Assembly (NCBI GenBank): GCA_038884975.1
Contig: JAWAAW010000001.1
Location: forward strand, 18,476 to 82,475
Length of the DNA stretch: 64,000 nt
Direction: 5' to 3'
Source of the DNA: Candidatus Woesearchaeota archaeon
GTDB taxonomy: Archaea; Nanobdellota; Nanobdellia; Woesearchaeales; ARS49
The notes under the pieces are model-generated. The model was not told the origin of the DNA, ran no database searches, and saw nothing but the letters and a program-made list of their open reading frames with translations. Below, one piece after another: positions 1 to 8,272 of the stretch (position 1 is the stretch's first letter; each line of letters begins with the position of its first letter). The translations under genes were made by a program, and so were the position numbers.

Positions 1-563
1 CAGTACTGCGCAGAAAAACAAAACCAATGCTCATAGTAGCAAACAAAATGGACCTTCCAACAGCAAAAACAAACCTGGAACGCATCAAAGAACAATTTCC
101 GGACTACATCTTCGTACCATGCTCTGCAGAAAGCGAGCTCGCCCTGAAAGAAGCCTCAAGAAAAGGGCTGATTGAGTACATCCCGGGAAGCAAGGACTTC
201 AAGCCAACAGGCGAATTGCAGCCAGCACAAGAAAATGCATTAAGGTTTATCAAGGAAAACGTGCTTGACATCTTTGGCTCGACAGGAGTACAACAGGCAA
301 TTGATACAGCAGTCTTTGAGTTACTCAAATACATCGCGGTTTTCCCAGGCGGAGTAACAAAGCTTGCAGACCAGTTCGGAAATGTACTTCCAGACTGCTT
401 CTTATTGCCTTCAGGAAGCACTGCACTTGACTTTGCGGCAAAAATCCACACAGACCTTGCAAAAAACTTTGTTGCGGCAATAGACGTGAAGACAAGAAGA
501 AAAGTGGGAAGGGACCATGTTCTGAAGCACAGGGACGTGATTGAGATACTAACCACAAAATAA
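1..563 (+). CDS. Obg-family GTPase (YchF/DRG-like), C-terminal part with TGS-like domain; 5' end lies outside the window
   Basis: Reading frame is open from the window edge. G4 motif NKMD (ANKMDL) is present. C-terminal segment GSTALDFAAKIHTDLAKNF...RDVIEIL resembles a TGS domain. Confidence 0.6.
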   Translation, partial: VLRRKTKPMLIVANKMDLPTAKTNLERIKEQFPDYIFVPCSAESELALKEASRKGLIEYIPGSKDFKPTGELQPAQENALRFIKENVLDIFGSTGVQQAIDTAVFELLKYIAVFPGGVTKLADQFGNVLPDCFLLPSGSTALDFAAKIHTDLAKNFVAAIDVKTRRKVGRDHVLKHRDVIEILTTK

Positions 564-1550
564 TTAATTGATTTTACCAAGCCCTGATGCCTGCTGGATG
601 TCAATAACGCCGAGAGACTTGTCAAGTATCAGAAAATTCCTTGTCTGGTTCTTGCCATTGCGCTTTGCAGCATACAGTGCCTTGTCAGCCTCTTTAAGCA
701 AGGTTTCAGGCGACACAGATGCATTCATGCACGTGGCAATCCCTATTGAGATTGTTGTTGGAAATTTTTCCTGAACAATCCCCCTCAAGCGCTCAGCAAA
801 CGCAAAAGCACGGTCATGCTGAGTTTCAGGCAGGATTATTGCAAATTCCTCACCGCCATAACGGGCAGGAATGTCAATTGACCTTATTGTCGCACGCAAA
901 ACCTCGCCAAGCTGCTTGAGCAGATTATCTCCCTCAACATGTCCATGGGAATCATTTAATTCCTTGAAGTTGTCAAAGTCAAACATCACAAGCGATATTG
1001 GGCGCTGAGACCTTGCGGACCTTGCCACTTCGTTCTTAAGCGCTTCAAGGAAGTATGCTTTGTTGTAAATCCCTGTGAGGGCATCAGTCATCGCAGAATA
1101 CTTAGCGTTCTGATAACACTGAGCCCTTCCAAGCGCAATTGACAACTTGTCAAGCAATAATGAAATAAGGTCAGTGCTGAGCAACTGCGCTGAAACACCA
1201 AGCACGAGCGTGGCAACATGCCTGTTCTGCAACCGAACAGGAAAAGCATAAATTTGTGCAGTTATCTTGTCAGAATCAGGAACATGCGAGGTCAGCACGT
1301 CTTTTCCTGAATTGGTAACCAGGACAAAAGAATTGTTAGAACTCACGTGATTATGCAAAGCCCTGCTCACTGCAAGAAAAACGTTGCTTGCAGGAACCCC
1401 AGAAACATTCTCGCCATTAACCCAAAAGGCACAATGTTCTGGCTTAAACACCCTTGACATGAAATCAGCTGTCTGATGAATCAATTGCTCAACAGTAGTG
1501 GCAGAATTAAGGCAGTCAAGATAATTCAGCAGGATATCCTTTTGGTCCAT
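564..1550 (-). CDS. GAF-like sensor domain fused to a GGDEF diguanylate cyclase
   Basis: C-terminal motifs are MFDFDNFKELND (metal site), RSID (RxxD I-site) five residues before RYGGEEF (A-site), and AKRNGKN. The N-terminal ~150 aa look like a GAF-type sensor. Confidence 0.85.
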   Translation of the reverse strand: MDQKDILLNYLDCLNSATTVEQLIHQTADFMSRVFKPEHCAFWVNGENVSGVPASNVFLAVSRALHNHVSSNNSFVLVTNSGKDVLTSHVPDSDKITAQIYAFPVRLQNRHVATLVLGVSAQLLSTDLISLLLDKLSIALGRAQCYQNAKYSAMTDALTGIYNKAYFLEALKNEVARSARSQRPISLVMFDFDNFKELNDSHGHVEGDNLLKQLGEVLRATIRSIDIPARYGGEEFAIILPETQHDRAFAFAERLRGIVQEKFPTTISIGIATCMNASVSPETLLKEADKALYAAKRNGKNQTRNFLILDKSLGVIDIQQASGLGKIN

Positions 1551-1650
1551 AAAGGGAGTTTATGCGTTGCTGTATAAATGCATTGCTGTGATTATGTAAG
1601 AATAAAATTATAAAAATAATTCAAAAAAACAAAAATTATTCCTTTACTGT

Positions 1651-2118
1651 TTAAGGTGTGCAGCAGTAAAAGTCCTCATAGCCTGAGGGGATTCTGCCAT
1701 CGCTGATTGCTTCTTCAGGCATTATTCCGGACCTTATGCAATTGCGTCCTGCTGCATTAATCGCAGTGACCTTCACAGTGTAAGGCGCGTATGGGCACGG
1801 ATTGTCCTTTACTGGACCTGTGCGCTTGTAATCACTGTTATACGTTGGTATTGGAACTGGCGCTCCACCGGTGTCCTTTATGCGCTCTGGGAAAACATAC
1901 TCTGCGCCGGCATAAACGCGATTATCACTGTACCGCACAAACCCTCCGTCGCTGTATTGGTCAAGCCCATAGGTTATTTCTCCGCCACCGTAGACCTTGG
2001 GTTGTTCCATCACTACCTTTCCTGCTCCGCCCTTGAAAAGCAGGACAAGCCCTACCACTGCAATAACTGCAACTATTCCGAGAATCGCGTACGCAACTCC
2101 CTTACCTTCATCTGCCAT
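1651..2118 (-). CDS. Small membrane-anchored Cys-containing protein (paralog family with 5227..5682)
   Basis: N-terminus MADEGKGVAYAILGIVAVIAVVGLVLLF is nearly identical in pattern to MAEEGRNLSLVILGIVAIIAVVGLVLLL of 5227..5682. C-terminus ends in YCCTP. Confidence 0.6.
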   Translation of the reverse strand: MADEGKGVAYAILGIVAVIAVVGLVLLFKGGAGKVVMEQPKVYGGGEITYGLDQYSDGGFVRYSDNRVYAGAEYVFPERIKDTGGAPVPIPTYNSDYKRTGPVKDNPCPYAPYTVKVTAINAAGRNCIRSGIMPEEAISDGRIPSGYEDFYCCTP

Positions 2119-2121
2119 GGT

Positions 2122-3279
2122 TTATTCACCTCTTTGTTGTTCTTGATTTTTCTTATTAGTATATAAATTTTTGCCAAGAGCATTAACAATTCTTTGCCTA
2201 AACCTCTGCAAGTCTGCGGGCCTGAAATGCGCACCTGCAGCAGGCACATGACCGCCCCCATTAGCACTCTTTAATCCCTTAACCGCACTCTTGAGTAGTT
2301 CGTTCATTCTCACGCGCTGGCTCTGACACCTTCCTGAAACGCGGACAATGTCCTTTCCCTTATCAACAATTATTATTGCATAATCATAATATTTCGTGTC
2401 AAGAGACAGCATTGTTGAAAGAGGCGAGTTAATATGGTATTTGGGAGTGATTTCATACCATATCAGCTTCAGCGTCTCATCCTTTTGCGCAATCTTTGGA
2501 GCAAGCCTTGCCCACTTACTAATTTCCTTCTCAAGCGATTTTCTGAGTGAAACAAGCTTCTTGTCTTTCAGGATGTCTGCAGGCGCTTTTGCCTTCATCA
2601 AAACATCATAACAATAATTAATGTTTTTGTCGTCAATAATCATTGCGGCAAGCAAAAGCTCTGAAACCTTACCAAGCTCTGTTTTGAACCAGTCCTTGGG
2701 ATTTGGCTTGATCTTGTGGCGCTCAAAAACCTGTGCCAGGAATTCAGGCCATGCGCTTCCTGCCATGTCACCAATCAACCCTATCGCTGCAATCCACGCA
2801 ACGTCCTCAATGCCCACATGTCTGTCTGCAAAATCATAAGCAAGCTTGCTTGCAGGATATCTTGAAGGATCAACCTCGTCTGCCAAAAGCTGAGGCATTG
2901 CAAGCACAGCCCTTTCAGAGGTTATGTCGTGAAAGAATGCGTGATGGTCAATTACAAGGATTTCACACTGCTTCTCAAGGCGCTTGATTGACGCCGCATC
3001 CTCGTGAACAGGAAGGTCTGTAAAAATCACCTTAAAGATTTTCCTGGACTTCAGCATTTTTAAAATGTCAGGAGTAACGCTGTTACGAACAAGCTTCCTT
3101 GTTGAATAATGGAAGTCAGCAGGCTTTCCGCGCAAGCGTTCAATCATCCTGCTAAGAACGACAGAAGAGCACAAGCCATCAGGGTCTGCATCATGGATTA
3201 TTGCAATCTTTTCCTTTGGCGAGAAAGACATTAGGAATCTATCAATTTTTGCCCATTGCTCCGGGTTTTTTGGTATCAT
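2122..3279 (-). CDS. DHH/DHHA1 family phosphoesterase (RecJ-like / nanoRNase-like)
   Basis: Motifs HDADPDG, VIDHH and C-terminal GGGHVPAAGA (DHHA1 GGGH) are present. Confidence 0.8.
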   Translation of the reverse strand: MIPKNPEQWAKIDRFLMSFSPKEKIAIIHDADPDGLCSSVVLSRMIERLRGKPADFHYSTRKLVRNSVTPDILKMLKSRKIFKVIFTDLPVHEDAASIKRLEKQCEILVIDHHAFFHDITSERAVLAMPQLLADEVDPSRYPASKLAYDFADRHVGIEDVAWIAAIGLIGDMAGSAWPEFLAQVFERHKIKPNPKDWFKTELGKVSELLLAAMIIDDKNINYCYDVLMKAKAPADILKDKKLVSLRKSLEKEISKWARLAPKIAQKDETLKLIWYEITPKYHINSPLSTMLSLDTKYYDYAIIIVDKGKDIVRVSGRCQSQRVRMNELLKSAVKGLKSANGGGHVPAAGAHFRPADLQRFRQRIVNALGKNLYTNKKNQEQQRGE

Positions 3280-3304
3280 TGGGCATCACAGCCCGCTGCA
3301 GAAT

Positions 3305-3686
3305 AAAAAAGGGGCGCGTACCAGAATCAGCATTGGCGATACGCGCCTGGTGAGAGAGGGGGATGAATGCGATTTCATTTTTTTCACAGGAGTGTGAGCC
3401 AGGACAGCTTTCCTGTCCTGGGGTGATTGTTGGTGTGGTTGCATTCTGTGCGCGCCAACGCAACTGATGCAATGCCACGCCTTGATGCAGTTTTTATTCT
3501 CTGTTGTTTCTGCTACCCGGCCCTGTCATCTCCACTGTTTCTTTGAGCGGGATTATTCGCAATGAACAGCATATCAAGGGTTTGTGCCCGGGCATTAGCG
3601 ATTACGTGTGGTTGGCGCTCAGCAAACCGGGTCAATGACTCGCGAACGCAAGTTTGTGCGCCGTTGCATCATGCGCTCGCGCCCTA
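3305..3686 (-). ncRNA. Candidate structured RNA of unknown class (free-standing ncRNA or long structured leader of the DHH gene)
   Basis: GC-rich stretch with no convincing ORF. On the minus strand, 5' GGGCGCG (3684..3678) is complementary to 3' CGCGCCC (3318..3312) and is followed by a U6 tract (3310..3305). An AT-rich TATA-like element TTTAATAA lies ~25 nt upstream (about 3710..3717). There is a perfect 9-bp hairpin CCAGGACAG-GAAAG-CUGUCCUGG and an 8-bp long-range pairing UGAUGCAA/UUGCAUCA. Confidence 0.4.
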
Positions 3687-3792
3687 TTTGTTGTTGCTCA
3701 TTTGGATACTTATTAAACAAAACAATTATATATACATAACGTACTTACAATATTACTAGTACGACAAGTAAGTACAAAACAGGTGGTAGTTA

Positions 3793-4725
3793 ATGCACAT
3801 CCGCAAGTTAGTCAAGGCAGGTCAGGCAAGCCACACAATTTCATTGCCAAAGGAATGGCTTGAAAAAAACAAACTCAGCAAAGGAGCAACTATTTACGTC
3901 TATGAAAAGTCTGATTCAGAACTCTTGATAACACCCACCCTAACCGAGAAAAAACCAACAGAACAAAATACAGTAACGATTAATGTGGACAACAAACAAC
4001 CAGATACAATACAACGCGAGATTTCTGCAGCGTATTTGAACAATGCAAGCACGATTGAACTTGTTGGCGAAAGCATAACCAAGCATGCAAAAGAAATCAG
4101 ACGAATGCTTCATGACTTTGTCGCGCTTGAAATATCAGAGCAAAACGCAAACAAAATAATCGCAAAAGACCTACTGAACCTCAAGGAAATTTCTGTTGAC
4201 AAGAGCATCAAGAGGATGGACATGATTACAAGGACGATGTTGCAGGACTGCAGAACGACAGTTGCAGGAAAAGACCTGAGCGAGAGCGTGATGTTCCGTG
4301 ATTATGACGTGAACAGGCTTTATTTCCTGCTCACAAGGCTTTTGAAAAGCGCGCTGGCAAGCCCAGAAATGGCATCATTGCTCGCGTTGGAGCCTGCAAA
4401 AGTGCTTGGCACATGGATGCTTGTGCATTACATTGAGGGACTTGCCGACGCTGTAAAAGCATTGTGCAAGGAATGCTCCTCCCTAAATGGGGGCCAGAAA
4501 AAGACAGTCAACTCACTCCTTAGTCTTTTGGAACAGGATTATCTTGACGTAATGAAGGCAGTCCACGAAGGAAACAGGCAGCTGGCTGACGAAGTTGCAA
4601 GAAGAAGAAGCGAAAGACTTGAACTGTGCACAAAGATAAACCAATTACCTGAAGTTTCTCACGCCTGCAGTTCCATAGCCTCAATACTGTCAGACATTGC
4701 AAGGCTGGTCATTGACGAGAACTAA
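3793..4725 (+). CDS. AbrB/SpoVT-type DNA-binding domain fused to PhoU-like domain (putative regulator)
   Basis: N-terminus MHIRKLVKAGQASHTISLPKEWLEKNKLSKGATIYV is a swapped-hairpin AbrB pattern, followed by a helical PhoU-like body. AGGTGG lies 7 nt upstream of the ATG. Paralog at 61285..62157. Confidence 0.7.
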   Translation: MHIRKLVKAGQASHTISLPKEWLEKNKLSKGATIYVYEKSDSELLITPTLTEKKPTEQNTVTINVDNKQPDTIQREISAAYLNNASTIELVGESITKHAKEIRRMLHDFVALEISEQNANKIIAKDLLNLKEISVDKSIKRMDMITRTMLQDCRTTVAGKDLSESVMFRDYDVNRLYFLLTRLLKSALASPEMASLLALEPAKVLGTWMLVHYIEGLADAVKALCKECSSLNGGQKKTVNSLLSLLEQDYLDVMKAVHEGNRQLADEVARRRSERLELCTKINQLPEVSHACSSIASILSDIARLVIDEN

Positions 4726-5093
4726 ACAAGGGTTTGTGGCTGACCGATGTTCTCAAATACCGGCGCTGAACGGCATTTCATCTGCACCATAAGCTTTGAA
4801 TGATAAATACAGTCTGCCTTAAGCCCCTGCCTACCGGGATTAAGGTATTCGCACTGGCGGTGGATGAACGAGTCCAGCGTGGTCGGCCTTTCCCTTGCAA
4901 GCACGCAAACCCCCTCATCAACCGGCACGTGCTGAGCAGGGTCGTTCTGATAAATGATTTCACCCTGCCCACGTATCTGCTGATACGCAGAAACCATTCC
5001 AGTTGATGCTGAAGAAAACGTAAGCGCAATTCCTGCAACTGCAACAACAAGAACAGCGCCAACAATCATAAGCATAATTGCCCTGTCTTCCAT
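4722..5093 (-). CDS. Small membrane-anchored Cys-containing protein
   Basis: Start trimmed to MEDRAIMLMIVGAVLVVAVAGIALTF (single N-terminal TM). Extracytoplasmic part carries 4 Cys. Confidence 0.5.
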   Translation of the reverse strand: MEDRAIMLMIVGAVLVVAVAGIALTFSSASTGMVSAYQQIRGQGEIIYQNDPAQHVPVDEGVCVLARERPTTLDSFIHRQCEYLNPGRQGLKADCIYHSKLMVQMKCRSAPVFENIGQPQTLV

Positions 5094-5226
5094 ATTATCA
5101 CTCTTTTTTGACCAATTTGTCACATTGCTATATAAACATTTTCATCGGATTAGCGTTAAGCACATGGTCTAGGCGTTTTTCAGGACCAACAAAAAGAATG
5201 AAAGAAAAAGAAGAAACAACAAAAAA

Positions 5227-5682
5227 TTATCTCTCTATCACGTATGGTCCGACAGGGACTCCAGAATCGCGCTCATTCGGAACGCCTGCAAAGTCATTGA
5301 ATGGCGGTCCCTTGACGAGCGACTCATCACCGTGGAGGATGCTCCTGTCATTCACTGTCGGGCAACAGCAGTACAGGTTGTCATCACCACTTACCAGAAC
5401 GCCTGGATAGCGCGGGTCCTGATAACCTGTCTTGAAGCAGCTCTTGCCAAACGCCTTCTCAAAGTCCTCTTTCTGATACAATGCGTCACGCTCTGTCGGT
5501 CCCATGAGTACTGGCGTGCACGGGCTGTCGCACATCGGCTTTCCGCCAAGTGCAGGAACGTTAAGTATCTGGCCCGTCTTGGCTGCCTTGCCTCCTGACA
5601 ACAGCAGGACCAGACCCACCACTGCAATAATTGCGACTATTCCCAGAATCACGAGACTCAGGTTTCTGCCTTCTTCAGCCAT
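5227..5682 (-). CDS. Small membrane-anchored Cys-rich protein (paralog of 1651..2118)
   Basis: Shares the N-terminal anchor with 1651..2118. Contains a YCCCP motif and several other Cys. Confidence 0.6.
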   Translation of the reverse strand: MAEEGRNLSLVILGIVAIIAVVGLVLLLSGGKAAKTGQILNVPALGGKPMCDSPCTPVLMGPTERDALYQKEDFEKAFGKSCFKTGYQDPRYPGVLVSGDDNLYCCCPTVNDRSILHGDESLVKGPPFNDFAGVPNERDSGVPVGPYVIER

Positions 5683-5762
5683 TGAGTATCACCTCTTGAT
5701 ACGGATGTTTATTTGTTTTGCTTTACTCATATATAAACCTTTCCTTGTGTCGACGAGAATGC

Positions 5763-6077
5763 TTAGTGCAGTCCTGCAGTGCCGACAGAAGGATTCTGTT
5801 GCCACAATTCATAAGGCGGGCAGCAATTGCTTGTCCTAAAACAGCAGGGCGTTATACCATCATACCCAAAAAAGCACTTGTGCCCAAGCCGCTCATACCA
5901 AGCAATCTCCTTCAAATAAACCCCTGCGCCCTCAGCAAGAATCGGAGTTGAGCCAGGCGGGCAGATGCCAGTGCTTACTGCACCAGTAACTGAAGGACGC
6001 AAAAAATAAAACAGGAGCAACAGCGCAATGAGTGCAACAACTGCAACAACGCAGATGCACAGCGTCCTGAACTTCAT
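5763..6077 (-). CDS. Small membrane-anchored Cys-rich protein
   Basis: N-terminal TM MKFRTLCICVVAVVALIALLLLFYF. Mature part has PCC and NCC pairs. Confidence 0.5.
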   Translation of the reverse strand: MKFRTLCICVVAVVALIALLLLFYFLRPSVTGAVSTGICPPGSTPILAEGAGVYLKEIAWYERLGHKCFFGYDGITPCCFRTSNCCPPYELWQQNPSVGTAGLH

Positions 6078-6457
6078 TTCTTTCTCATCCTCCTAAAAGT
6101 TTCTGCAATGTCAATTATGTATTTGCCATCAGCGAGCTTGAAAATCAAAGGCTCGCCCTTGAACAACTGCACAAGGTCCAGCTCGTACTTGCCCGGCTTC
6201 AACACTCTCACGCTTTCAAGGTCAAGAACAACAGGCTCCTCTGACTCCTTCACGCCAAGAACATCCAGGACATCATTCTCAATCTGCCTCCGCTCCTCCT
6301 CGCTTACCTGTGGTGGCGTTTCGTCAGCCTTCTTTATCTGCTCAAGCCGCTCTTTCTTTATGAAAAAGAAAAGCTTTGCACCACACGGGCATCCTTTCAG
6401 GATTACATCATTCCCGTCGTCATAGAAAGTGTTGCAGCGCACGCACTGGTGTGGCAT
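6074..6457 (-). CDS. Zn-ribbon protein (DUF2072-like), member of the GTPase/DUF2073/Zn-ribbon triad
   Basis: N-terminal CxxC...CPC pattern (HQCVRCNTFYDD...LKGCPCG). ATGA overlap with the downstream gene at 6074..6077. Confidence 0.55.
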   Translation of the reverse strand: MPHQCVRCNTFYDDGNDVILKGCPCGAKLFFFIKKERLEQIKKADETPPQVSEEERRQIENDVLDVLGVKESEEPVVLDLESVRVLKPGKYELDLVQLFKGEPLIFKLADGKYIIDIAETFRRMRKK

Positions 6458-6460
6458 TGT

Positions 6461-6844
6461 TCACCTTTTGCGCTTCCGCTTTTCAGAAGTCAGCAATTCA
6501 ATCTTGTTCGGGTCCTTTTTTATCTGCTTGACAATGCTTGCAGGCCCAATAATTGTCAACCCTTGCCTGTCCCCAAGCACTGCGCCAATCAAATCGTTTT
6601 TAAGCTTTTGAAGCCCGCTGAGATTTGCTGCAGCCGGGTTGATTACGGCGAGTTCAATACCCTTGAATTCCTTGTTAATCTCTTCCATCGTCACCTTGAT
6701 AAGCTCTGTTTCCTCATCCTTCTTCAGCCTGCCCTGCAAAAGCACTATCTTATCCTGCTTGGCAATATTGAGAAGCTTCCTTATCCTTCCAACAGAACTC
6801 AATGACTCAATTTCTGTGTATGGAAGCAATTGTATTGTAACCAT
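6461..6844 (-). CDS. Conserved archaeal protein (DUF2073-like)
   Basis: Sits between the small GTPase and the Zn-ribbon gene with 2-3 nt spacers. The assignment rests on recalled synteny, not on a motif. Confidence 0.4.
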   Translation of the reverse strand: MVTIQLLPYTEIESLSSVGRIRKLLNIAKQDKIVLLQGRLKKDEETELIKVTMEEINKEFKGIELAVINPAAANLSGLQKLKNDLIGAVLGDRQGLTIIGPASIVKQIKKDPNKIELLTSEKRKRKR

Positions 6845-6846
6845 CT

Positions 6847-7491
6847 TTACTTCACCAGCTCAAAGATTTTTTCATAAAGCTCCTTGACATTCCTGCCATA
6901 CTTTGCCGAAATCCCTATGACATCATACTGCGGGAACGCTGCCTGCACTTTCTTTATGTTTGCGCGCTTCAAGTCAACCTTGTTTGCCACGATAAGCACA
7001 GGAATGTCGCGCGCCTGCAGGTTTCCAATAATTGTGACATTAACTTGGGAATAAGGGTCCTGCGTTGCATCAAGGACAACAAGGACAGCATCCATCTCAT
7101 CAAGCCACTTGATGGCCTCAATCACACCTTTCGTTGCTTCCCTTGCCCTGCGCTTTGCCTTTGATTCTGACATCCCTGCCTTGAGGAAATCCTCATAATC
7201 AATCTTTGTGGCAATGCCAGGCGTGTCAACAAGGTTGAACATCAGCTCCTTTCCGTCCTTGCTCTTTATCGACACCTGCTCCTTAATCTGAATTTCACGC
7301 GTTTCATGAGCCAAAGGGCTTACCTTACCAAGCTCCTCTCCAACCCAGTCAAGGCATATCTTATTCGCAAGAGTTGTTTTTCCAGAGTTAGGAGGACCGT
7401 AAAGACCAAGCTTAAGATCCTTCCTCACCGCAAAAAAATCTCTCCAGAACTGGTTGAATACCCGTTTTACAAAACTGAACACCACAACCAA
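6847..7491 (-). CDS. Small GTPase (Arf/Era-like P-loop)
   Basis: G1 GPPNSGKTT, G3 DTPG, G4 NKVD and G5 SAK motifs. Confidence 0.8.
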   Translation of the reverse strand: MVVVFSFVKRVFNQFWRDFFAVRKDLKLGLYGPPNSGKTTLANKICLDWVGEELGKVSPLAHETREIQIKEQVSIKSKDGKELMFNLVDTPGIATKIDYEDFLKAGMSESKAKRRAREATKGVIEAIKWLDEMDAVLVVLDATQDPYSQVNVTIIGNLQARDIPVLIVANKVDLKRANIKKVQAAFPQYDVIGISAKYGRNVKELYEKIFELVK

Positions 7492-7600
7492 CCACTCTCT
7501 TTTTGCTGTTTTTTATTGCTGCTTTCCACTGACGAGTTGCTGTCTATTTATACTTTTCGGAATTCAAAACAAGATAATAAAAAGATAAAAAAAAGCGGCT

Positions 7601-7834
7601 TTATCTGCCGCCGCGCGCCATCTTGGCACGTGAAATATCTCCTGCCTTGTCTATGAAGTACAAGTATCCTTTTGCCTTCTTGACACCAACCTTTGCAACC
7701 TTTTCAGGCCTGCCGCCCGCACCCTTCTTGCGGCCGCGCGCCATCTTTGCCCTTGAAACATCTCCTGCCTTGTCAACGAAGTACAGGTATCCTGCTGCCT
7801 TCTTGACACCAACCTTTGCAACTTTTTCTGCCAT
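7601..7834 (-). CDS. Small basic protein built from two tandem ~38-aa repeats
   Basis: EKVAKVGVKKAAGYLYFVDKAGDVSRAKMARG is repeated as EKVAKVGVKKAKGYLYFIDKAGDISRAKMARG. The protein is K/R-rich. Confidence 0.6.
   Translation of the reverse strand: MAEKVAKVGVKKAAGYLYFVDKAGDVSRAKMARGRKKGAGGRPEKVAKVGVKKAKGYLYFIDKAGDISRAKMARGGR
7611..7834. repeat. Intragenic tandem duplication, two copies of roughly 117 bp
   Basis: The DNA copies starting near 7611 and 7731 align along their length with scattered substitutions (by eye). Confidence 0.7.
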
Positions 7835-7982
7835 TGTAGATTCCTCCTTTTATGGAAACCATCTGGAAAACCAGATGACCCCCCACATGACGTTTATCGT
7901 CAATTTTCAACTCCAAAACACAAGTCCTTTATAAACTTTTCGTCGAAAAAAGGCAGTTTCTCGTCGAGTAGTAACCAAAAAA

Positions 7983-8204
7983 TTATTTTTTCTTAAGCCT
8001 TTTGCCGGGCTTATCAATGTCCTTAACGAACCACTCTGGCTTCAGGAGCTTTTGCAGACGGCGGGCTTCCTCAATCCCCTCACGATAAATTTTAGAAATT
8101 TCCTCTCTTGAAGGCTCTGGGATTTTTTCAAGCTCCTTTGCGGCAGCAAGCGCCTTTTTTTCTATTTTGCAATTCTTACTGTGCTTTTTCTGCATAAGCA
8201 GCAA
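7983..8204 (-). CDS. Hypothetical small basic protein
   Basis: ORF only, lysine-rich, no recognisable motif. Divergent from the Mre11-like gene. Confidence 0.3.
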   Translation of the reverse strand: MLLMQKKHSKNCKIEKKALAAAKELEKIPEPSREEISKIYREGIEEARRLQKLLKPEWFVKDIDKPGKRLKKK

Positions 8205-8272
8205 TTGTGAATAACCAATATATAATATTTCTCTTCACAAATCTTTATATTGACCATCAGGATTGGATTTTT

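Noticed and set aside
104-625. A 173-aa minus-strand ORF antisense to the GTPase gene. Many similar long antisense ORFs occur in the track, for example 13300..13533, 19401..19907, 22268..22843, 27914..28420, 28456..29286, 31919..32563 and 56292..57011.
   Set aside because: They lie entirely inside genes with strong motif support on the opposite strand. Their composition is low-complexity (S/L/F/C-rich) with no motifs. They are treated as shadow ORFs.
3242-3759. Track ORFs 3242..3478 (minus) and 3562..3759 (plus). Separately, an assignment of the underlying RNA candidate to RNase P RNA or SRP RNA.
   Set aside because: The ORFs have no motifs and odd composition. For RNase P, I could not find the universal GAGGAAAGUCC (CR-I) in the right position; AGGAAAGCUGUCC occurs but is part of a self-contained hairpin near the 3' end. 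For SRP, I found no convincing helix-8 GGAA/AGCA motif. The class is left open.
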